64,000 bases of DNA from an uncultured bacterium. Lineage in GTDB: Bacteria; Krumholzibacteriota; Krumholzibacteriia; Krumholzibacteriales; Krumholzibacteriaceae. The notes below the pieces were generated by a model. That model was not told the DNA's origin, ran no database searches, and saw only the letters and a list, made by a program, of their open reading frames with translations. Positions 39,601 through 48,600 of the stretch are shown piece after piece. The first letter of the stretch is position 1. Every line of letters starts with the position of its first letter. Position numbers and translations under genes: made by a program. The stretch lies in the NCBI GenBank assembly GCA_963786935.1, contig CAWBAN010000001.1, forward strand, positions 1,120,001 through 1,184,000. The letters are read 5' to 3'.

Positions 39601-42600
39601 GCCTGATTCACCGTCTGGGCAATTCTGATGCGCGCCGGCGCTTGGACCCGCACCGCGCCCGAGCCGGACCCGGCTTGCCTCGTGTCGAACGCGCTGTATA
39701 CGGCGCTGTTGAGCTCGACGAATCCCGCATGAGCGTGCAGCGCGATGTCGGCGCCGCCCGGAATGCCGGGAGCCGGCGAGACGGCGAACACGAGATGCTT
39801 GCAGCTCCCGCCCTCGAGGACGAGGCCGCCCTCGACGAATCCGATCGGGGCAGCGTGGGACAGCGGCACGCGTCCGTCGTAGAACACGTACGCGCTGTCG
39901 AGGACGAGCGCAAGGTCGGCCTCGCCGTTGTTGCAGACCGTCAGCGTGAGCTGCCACGGGGTCGTCTGCGCCGATGTCACGGCGGCGCGGCTCGGGACCG
40001 CCGCCGTGATCGCCGGAATTCCCGGCGTCTCGATCGCGACGTGGCTCCAGCCGCCGCTGTACGTGTCGTCGACGAGCGTGAGGCCGCTGTTGACGTCGAG
40101 CCCGGCGACCCGTCCGTTCACGAGCGCGAGCCCGCCCGTCGAACCCGTGCGGGTCACCGTGAAGATGAGGCTGTCGATGCTGCCGCCGGCGAGGGTATCG
40201 GTGAGCGAACCCTCGAGATGATCGGGGCGCGAGATCTCGTACTCGTACGTCCGGTCGCCGAGGCCCACGATGGTGAAGGTGATGAACGTCTGGAGCACGC
40301 TGAAATCGACGGCGACCGACGCTTCGCCGTTGTTTCTCAGAATCATCCGGACCGGCCAGGGCGCTGTCTGCGACGCGGTCGCCGATTGCGGCACGACGAT
40401 CCGGTTGATGGCGAGCTGCGGGGCTTCTTCCACGACGACCGAATCGGGGAACACGGGAATATCGGCCTCGAACGGATTGCCGTTCTCGGCGCCTTCGAGA
40501 TGCAGGACGACGGCGTGCTTTCCGCGCGCGATGGAGGCGTCGACGGTGCCCGTGTTGAAGAGCAGGACGGTTTCTCCGCCCCGCGCGAGCTCGTTGTCAG
40601 AAACCGGAGACAGGGTGCTCCGGAACGTATCCCCGTCAGCGTCGCCGAAGCTCATCGTCACCGCCGGGGGATCGAGCATGAGGGTCGAACGGAGCGCGTT
40701 GTCGCTTGTCACGGCCAGCTCGAACGAGACGCCCGTCCCGCTGCTCACGACCGTCGGCGTCAGGCTCGCCGCTTCGTAGCGGGGATCCGGACGCAGCTGG
40801 AACGTCACGCTGTCGGCGCTGGAGGCCGCGGGCATCGACGCGTGGAGCGCCCTCCCGCTGTTGATCTCCGAGGCGAGCAGCAGTCCTTCGAGCACGCGCG
40901 GTCCGGGCGGGATCGATCCCGTCGTCCGCACGACGAACCTGAGAATGCCCGAGGATCCTCCGTGCAGCGTTCGCCCGTCTCCCGCGACGATGGCGGGATT
41001 CTCGATCGAGAAGCCCGAGCCGCCCGGGAGCGCGACCCACGTCGAGTCGATTCGATCGAGGAGCAGGGTGACGTCGGATTGGCCGGAATTGCTCACGCTC
41101 ATATCGATCGCCCAGTCGCGCTCCTGCGCGACGGTGACCGGGTTCTGGAGCGGCGTGAAGCCCGTGATGGCGATTGCCGCAGGCGTTTGAACGAGCACGT
41201 TATCGCGTATGCCCGAAGCGCCGCTCGCGATCGAGAGCGCCCTCCCGCTATTGATCTCGACGCCGCTCACCGCCGCTTCGACGCGGCAGAGGCCGGGGAC
41301 CGAGCCGGTCCTGTCGATGGCATAGCGCAGCGTATCGGTCGATCCGCCCTCGAGGACGTTCCCTCCGCCCGCGAGCCCCGTCGGGAACACGACCGCAAAA
41401 TCCGCCGAGGTCGAGAACGTGATGAAGCTCTTCGCGGGATCGAGGTCGAGCCGAACGTCGGACTGTCCCGTATTCCTCACCACCACATCCGTGGACCAGT
41501 TCCTCGTTTGGAGCGCCGTCACCGTATCCGCCGAGGCGATGATCGAGGCGAAGACGACATTCGCCGGCGTCTGCACGAGGTAGCTCCCCTTGCCGCCGAG
41601 CTCGGTCGTCGCGACGAGCGTCACGCCGCTGTTCCGGTCTCTGCCCCATACGGCGGATTCGATGACGATCGTTCCCGTCGTCATGGAACCGGCGGGATTG
41701 TCGTTGAAGCGAACGAGAATATCCTTCCCTTCTCCGCCGCGCAGCGAATCGACGTGCGCCTGGAAATTGAGCGGCGTCAGTACGCACTCGCCGCTCACCA
41801 GCTGCGAGCCGGCATAGAGCCGCAGCGCGAGGCTGTCGAGCTGCACCGTCGCGCCGCCGTTGTTGTCCACGCGAATCGAGGCGAACCAGGGGGCCGTCTG
41901 ATCCGCCGTGATGCTGTCGGATGGAACCACCTTTGTGCTGCTGATCGCGAGCTGGGGCGGATTCTGGACGGCGACGAGGCCGGCCGGCGCGAGTACCGTC
42001 GAGAAGGTGAGCCCGTTTTCGGTCCCCTTCACCCTGACGGCGGGCTGGTAGCTCCCCGTCGGCATGGCGTCGGGAACGACGACCGCCTGAAAGTAGAGCG
42101 TATTGGAGCCCGGAACGACCGTTCTGCCCCGCGAGCCATCGAGCCGCGCGAGGTACACGACCGGACCGCTCGCGAAGGTGATCCAGGTCGAATCGGGATC
42201 GCATTCAACCGCAGCGCCGCCCGTGTTGTCGACGCCGACGGCGAACGCCACGGAGCTCCGCTTGCTCACCGGCGTCGGCGTGATCGATCCCGCGTGGTAG
42301 GCGAGCTGCGCCGGCTGCACGACATGGACCGGGTTGCCGAGAACGAGCGTGTCCGCGAATGGAGTGCCGTTCTCCGTACCGGCGAGCAGGACGGACACGG
42401 GATAGCTGCCGGAGGCCATTCCGGCCGGTATTCCCGCGGAGGGGAATACGATGGGCGTCGTTGTGTTCCCGGGCAGAGCGCCCGTCGAACCGAGCGCCAC
42501 GATCACCGGCGAGACGCCGTCCGTGAACGTGAGCCTCGTGAGCGCGCCGTCGAGGATGACCGACGCCTGGCCGCCGTTCGCGAGCGAAATGGAGAACAAG

Positions 42601-45600
42601 TGACTCTGCCCCTTCGAGACGGTGGCGGGACTCAGGGAACCGGGAACGTACGCGATGGAAGCCGCCGACTGCACGAAAATCGGCGCGACGTTCGGATAGG
42701 CGGTCACATCCTGGACGGACGAACCGTTCACCGCGGCGGTCACGGCGGCGTCGATCGTGTCGGCGCCGAGCGGAGAGTTCGCGAGCACATACATGCTCCG
42801 GCGATACGTGCGTTCGGATCCCGCCGGAAGACCGTCGGGGAGCGGCGGATTCCAGGATCCGGTCGCCGCGAAATAGCCGTGCTCGAACGAGGGAACGATT
42901 TCCGTCACGTTCACGGTCGAACCGCCGCCGTTCTTGAGCCGCACGTCGACCGCGAAGGTGTCTCCCCTGCTGACGATCGAAGGCGCGGTGACCCGCACGA
43001 TGTCGATGTTGGATATGGAAACGCTGTTCGAGCCGGCGTTGAATTCCGTTTGGTACGGGGCGCCGTGCGCATCGCTTCCGACGATCTTCACGCGCGGCGT
43101 GTATGTGCCGCCGAGCATGCCGGCGGGAACGATCACGGCAACGAAATCGAGCGTATCGACGACCGATCCGGCCAACGCGACCGGCGCGGGCAGATGCGCT
43201 TCGTAGACATTCGAGGCGCTGTCGGCGAAGGAGATCGAGGTCTGCGTCGTCAGGGTCAATCCCGTCGTGCTGCCGTTCGCGACCGAGCACCTGAAGGCCG
43301 CGGCCTGCGTCGGAATGAGGTGGCGCGGCGTGAGATATCCGGCGTATGTGCACGCCGGCGGCGGCGCGAACGTAACCGCCGCGATGCCGCTTGCGCTCCC
43401 CGTGAGGCTCTGGAACTGCACCTGGGAGACTCCCGGCGTCGTGCCCGATCTGACGAAGACGGACACCGCGCCGCTCGCCTCGGTCTGCCGCTCGACGGTC
43501 AGGGGCGTCGAGGGATCCTTGTCCTCGCTTCCAATGGATCCGATGCTCGGCGTCACGCGCACGAGGGTTCCCGAGGACACGACGTTGCCGTACACATCCC
43601 GGATCGGATTCGTGGTGATGGTGGAAATGCTCGCGCCGTTCGCCGTGATCGTGCCGGGAGCGATCGATTGGAACGCGATGGCGCCGCTCGGCGCCGCCGG
43701 CATCACGGTGATCGTGTCGCTCACGCTGAGCGCTCCGCCGCCGAGCGTTTGCGCCCGCAGCGCGATCTTTTCGGCCACGTTGTCGTATGCGGTAAGCGAC
43801 GCGCGGCCCTTCGTCAGCGTCACCGGATTGATTGAAAATACCGCCGCCCCGCCGCTCGCGAGAACGACGCGGCTCGTGTCGTCGTCAACCGCCTCGTTGC
43901 CGTCGAGATCGTAGGCGATGAGCTGGAGCGAGAAGCTTTGGCCGGCCGTTTTCAGGTATCCGTCGGGCAGAACGTCGAACCGGGCGATCGTACCGGCGGC
44001 CGTTCCGACGGAGAACACCACGCGCTCGAGCGCCGGCGGATTCGCGTCGAGGATCGAGGCGGAGACGGTATTGGTTCCTGCATGGGTATCGGTCGTGAGG
44101 CTGCAGACGGCGGCGCCCGTCGCGTCGGTCAGAACGAGCCCGTCTCCCGGCGCTCCCGTGCCGTCCCAGAGGCTCGGGCTTCCTCCGAGGCTGCTCGTGA
44201 TGACGAAGCGGACGATCTCCGAGGAAACCGCGTTTCCGTACTGGTCGCTCACGCGCGCCTTGAGACCGGCCTTCGATCCGACCGGGACGCCGAGCGTGTC
44301 TCCCCGCACCTCGACGATCCGGTACGCCGGCGCGGGATGGATCGTCAGCGGGCCGCTCCAATCCGAAAGGCTGTCCCCCGCGAGCGACAGCACCCGGATA
44401 CGGTTCACGCCGGCCGAAGTGTCGGATGCGGAGAACGACGAACGCCCCGCCGCCAGGGTCATCACGCCGGGGACGAAGGTCATCGACGTTTTCCGCGCGA
44501 CGCAGCGCAGCTGCGAGCTCGAATCGGTATCGATCAGATTGCCGTAGCGATCGTACGCGGCGATCGTTCCCGCGAACGGCTGCCCGGCCTGAAACGTCGT
44601 TCCCGCAAGCCCGAGGACGACCGAAGCGATCGCGCTTTCCGGCACCGTCGATACGGTGAAGCCCTGCGTCTCGAGCTCCTCGGGGATCGCGTCGAGGATC
44701 GACGCGCGAGCGCGGTTCGCGCCGCGGATCGTATCCGTTCTGAACCAGAGCGAAACGGCGCCGCTCGCGTCCGTGAGCGCCTGCGGCGCTTCGAGGTGTC
44801 CGTTTCCCTCCTGGATCGCGAAATAGACGGCGTGGGCGTCCACCGCGTTCCCGTGGATATCGAAAACGCGGGCGCGGAGACGCACGGAATCGCCGACCTG
44901 CACGCCGGCGCTGTCCCCGCCGATCTTCACCAATCGGTAGGCGGCCGCGTTATCGACGGCGATGACGCCGCTGTAGCCTTTGATCGCGTTCGCGGCGCTC
45001 GTCACCTCGACGCGTATCGGCTCGGCGACGTTGTACCTGAAGCTGCTCCCCGTATACAGCCCGTTGACGAGGCTCCCGCTCGAAACCGAGAGCGTTCCCG
45101 AGGCGGCGAGCGAGCTGTCCGCGGCCTGCACGGCCCTGAAATTGATCGCATACCCCGCCGTCGTCGCCCGGTTGCCGAAACGATCCCGCGCTTCGGCTGA
45201 AACGGCGAAATCGGCGCCCGCGGTCGCGCCGGCCGGCGCGATGACGGCGTACGAGCTCACCGTGTCGTTCGGCGCGATCGTAACGTCGAACTGATCGGGG
45301 GACAGAATCGTCGCGTTGTCCCTGACGGAGATTTGCCAGACCCCCGTCTTCGTTCCCCTCCCGTACAGCGTGACGGCGCCCGCGGCGAGATCCGCCTGCG
45401 TGACCGGCGCGCCGAAATCGGTGAGGCTGAACGTGAATCCCCCGCCCGGCGGCGGTTCGAGGATGACGCGGCTCGTGTTCGTGAGATCCCGGTTCCCGTT
45501 GCCGTCGACCGCCTCCACCCTGAACATGAAGCTCACGCCCGCCTGCGAAGTCCGCCCCGAGACCACCGTGGCGCTGAGATCGGTGGCGCCGCTCGCGACG

Positions 45601-48600
45601 GTCGTGTAGACTGCGTCGACGACGTTCGCCGCGGGGACGAGGTTATGATACGCGTCGATGGCGTCGGAGAGGCCGGCCGCCGCCGGCGCGTTGTATGTCA
45701 CCGAAACCGTTCCGGCTGCGCCGCTCACGCCCATGCGGGCCGAGGGGCTGAGAGAATCGGTGGTGCTTCCCGCGGCCCGGCTCAGATGCCCGTCGAGGTA
45801 ATCCTTGATGTAAATGGTGACGTATTCGTTCGCTGCCGTGTTGCCGTATGCGTCACGCAGCGTCGCCGTCACGACGGTGGGCGAATTGACCGTCACCGAT
45901 TTGCTCGCCGGCGCGAGAACGATCGAGCTGACCGGCCCGCGGTCCGCCGTCGCCGTGAACAGCAGCGAGCGCGTCGTGCCGGTCGGCATCGTCGCCGTTA
46001 TCGAATCGGACGCGGCGGCACTCGCCGTTCCGAGCCGCCAGAGCTCTCCGGAAGCGCTTCCCGCGGCGTTCGTCGTCGAGGAGGTCTGCTGCCCCGGCGT
46101 CGAACGGCTCGCGTCGAAATAGCCCCCGGCGCTCTCGATCGCCCAGCTCACCGTCACGCCGGGGACCGCGTTCCCAAACGCATCCTCGACGCGGACGACG
46201 AGCGGGGATGCGACTTCCTGGTTGACGACCGCGTGCTGAGCGTCGCCGCTCGTGATCGCGATGCGGTCGGCAGCGGCGTGATTCACCGCCAGCGGCGCCG
46301 CTGAGGACGAAAGCACGGAGCCGCTCGAGGCGTAGATCGTTATCGATTCGACCTTCGTATCGGTGATGCGAAGCTCCGCGTCGCCCAGATCCGCCGGCAC
46401 GAATTGATAAAGGATCGTATCCCCCGACTCCGATAGAATCGATCCCGCGGCGCTTCCGATTCCCCAGGTGATGAAATCCCCCGGGATCGTGGAATTCGTA
46501 TAGACCTTGGCGATGCCGCTGAAATCGACGATCCTGTTGTTCTGGCTGTCGCGCGCGTCGATCGTGACCGGCGAAGCGAATCCCGCGGTCGTCGAGCCGG
46601 CATGCGTGACAACGAAATGATGGAGGACGCCTGAAACGAAGCTCACGCCGACCGTCTTCGTGATGCCCGATCCGCCGGCTGTCGCGCTTATCGTCTTTGC
46701 CTGCGCCACGGTCGATTTCAAGCTGCCCACGGCGATGCCGTTCGCGTCGGTGACCCCCGCCGGCTGCGTGATGACATTTCCGCTGCCTGTCGCATCGATG
46801 GCGACGATCCTTCCCGGGATACCGTTCCCCTGCCCGTCCCGCACGATCACCGTCACCGCCACCGCATCCACCCCGTCCGCCGTCGCCGTCGTCTTGTCCA
46901 CCTGAACGTCCGACGCCGTGGCGCTGAAAGCCCCCGGCACGAACGTTACGTTCCGCGTATTCGTGACGAGAACGCCGCCTACCCGCGCGCTCACCGTCTT
47001 CAGCTCAGCCTTCGTCGAACGCACCGATCCCGTCGCCACTCCATTGGCCCCCGTCACCCCTACCGGCTGCGTGATCGTGTTCGACGTTCCCGTCGCCTCG
47101 ATCGTCACCGCCGCTCCCGCTATCGGGTTCCCCTGTCCGTCCCGCACGGTCACCGTCACCCCCACCGCATCCACCCCGTCCGCCGTCGCCGTCGTCTTGT
47201 CCACCTGAACGTCCGACGCCGAGGCGCTGAAGCCCCCCGGAATGAACGTCACATTTTCCGTATTCGTGACGAGAACGCCGCCTACCCGCGCGCTCACCGT
47301 CTTCAGCTCTGCCTTCGTCGAGCGCACCGATCCCGTCGCCACTCCATTGGCCCCCGTCACCCCTACCGGCTGCGTGATCGTGTTCGACGTTCCCGTCGCC
47401 TCGATCGTCACCGCGGCCCCCGCTATCGGGTTCCCCTGTCCGTCCCGCACGGTCACCGTCACCCCCACCGCATCCACCCCGTCCGCCGTCGCCGTCGTCT
47501 TGTCCACCTGAACGTCCGACGCCGTGGCGCTGAAGCCCCCCGGAACGAACGTCACGCTCTGCGTCGTCGTAATGAGCGTCCCGCCCACCCGCGCGCTCAC
47601 CGTCTTCAGCTCTGCCTTCGTCGAGCGCAGCTTCCCGACCAACCGGCCGTCCGCCCCCGTCACGCCTGACGAGGGAACGATCGTATTCAACGTGCCCGTC
47701 ACTTCGAACGATACCGCGCTGCCGGGTATCGGGTTCCCCTGCGCATCGGTCACAAGAGCCGTCACCGTCACCGAGTCGATCCCATTGGCCGTCGCCGTCG
47801 TCTTGTCCACCTGAACGTCCGACGCCGTGGCGCTGAAAGCCCCCGGCACGAACGTCACGTTTTCCGTATTCGTGACGAGAACGCCGCCTACCCGCGCGCT
47901 CACCGTCTTCAGCTCCGCCTTCGTCGAGCGCACCGATCCCGTCGCCACTCCATTGGCCCCCGTCACCCCTACCGGCTGCGTGATCGTGTTCGACGTTCCC
48001 GTCGCCTCGATCGTCACCGCGGCCCCCGCTATCGGGTTCCCCTGCCCGTCCCGCACGGTCACCGTCACCCCCACCGCATCCACCCCGTCCGCCGTCGCCG
48101 TCGTCTTGTCCACCTGAACGTCCGACGCCGTGGCGCTGAAAGCCCCCGGCATGAACGTCACGTTTTCCGTATTCGTGACGAGAACGCCGCCCACGCGCGC
48201 GCTCACCGTCTTCAGCTCCGCCTTCGTCGAGCGAAGCTTCCCGACCAACCGGCCGTCCGCTCCAGTCACGCCGGAAACCGGCGCGATCGTATTCAACGTG
48301 CCCGTCACTTCGAACGATACCGCGCTGCCGGGTATCGGGTTCCCCTGCGCGTCGGTCACGAGCGCCGTCACCGTCACCGAGTCGATCCCATTGGCCGTCG
48401 CCGTCGTCTTGTCCACCTGAACGTCCGACACCGAGGCGTTGAAGCCCCCCGGCACGAACGTCACGTTTTCCGTATTCGTGACGAGAACGCCGCCTACCCG
48501 CGCGCTCACCGTCTTCAGCTCTGCCTTCGTCGAGCGAAGCTTCCCGACCAACCGGCCGTCCGCCCCCGTCACTCCCGACGACGGCGTGATCGTGTTCGAC

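Noticed and set aside
39642..43835. Long plus-strand ORFs (1397 aa here; also 1669-4011, 4367-6670, 12913-15801, 30985-33861, 57754-60585)
   Set aside because: Antisense shadows of real genes in high-GC DNA; Arg/Ala-rich with no recognisable motifs
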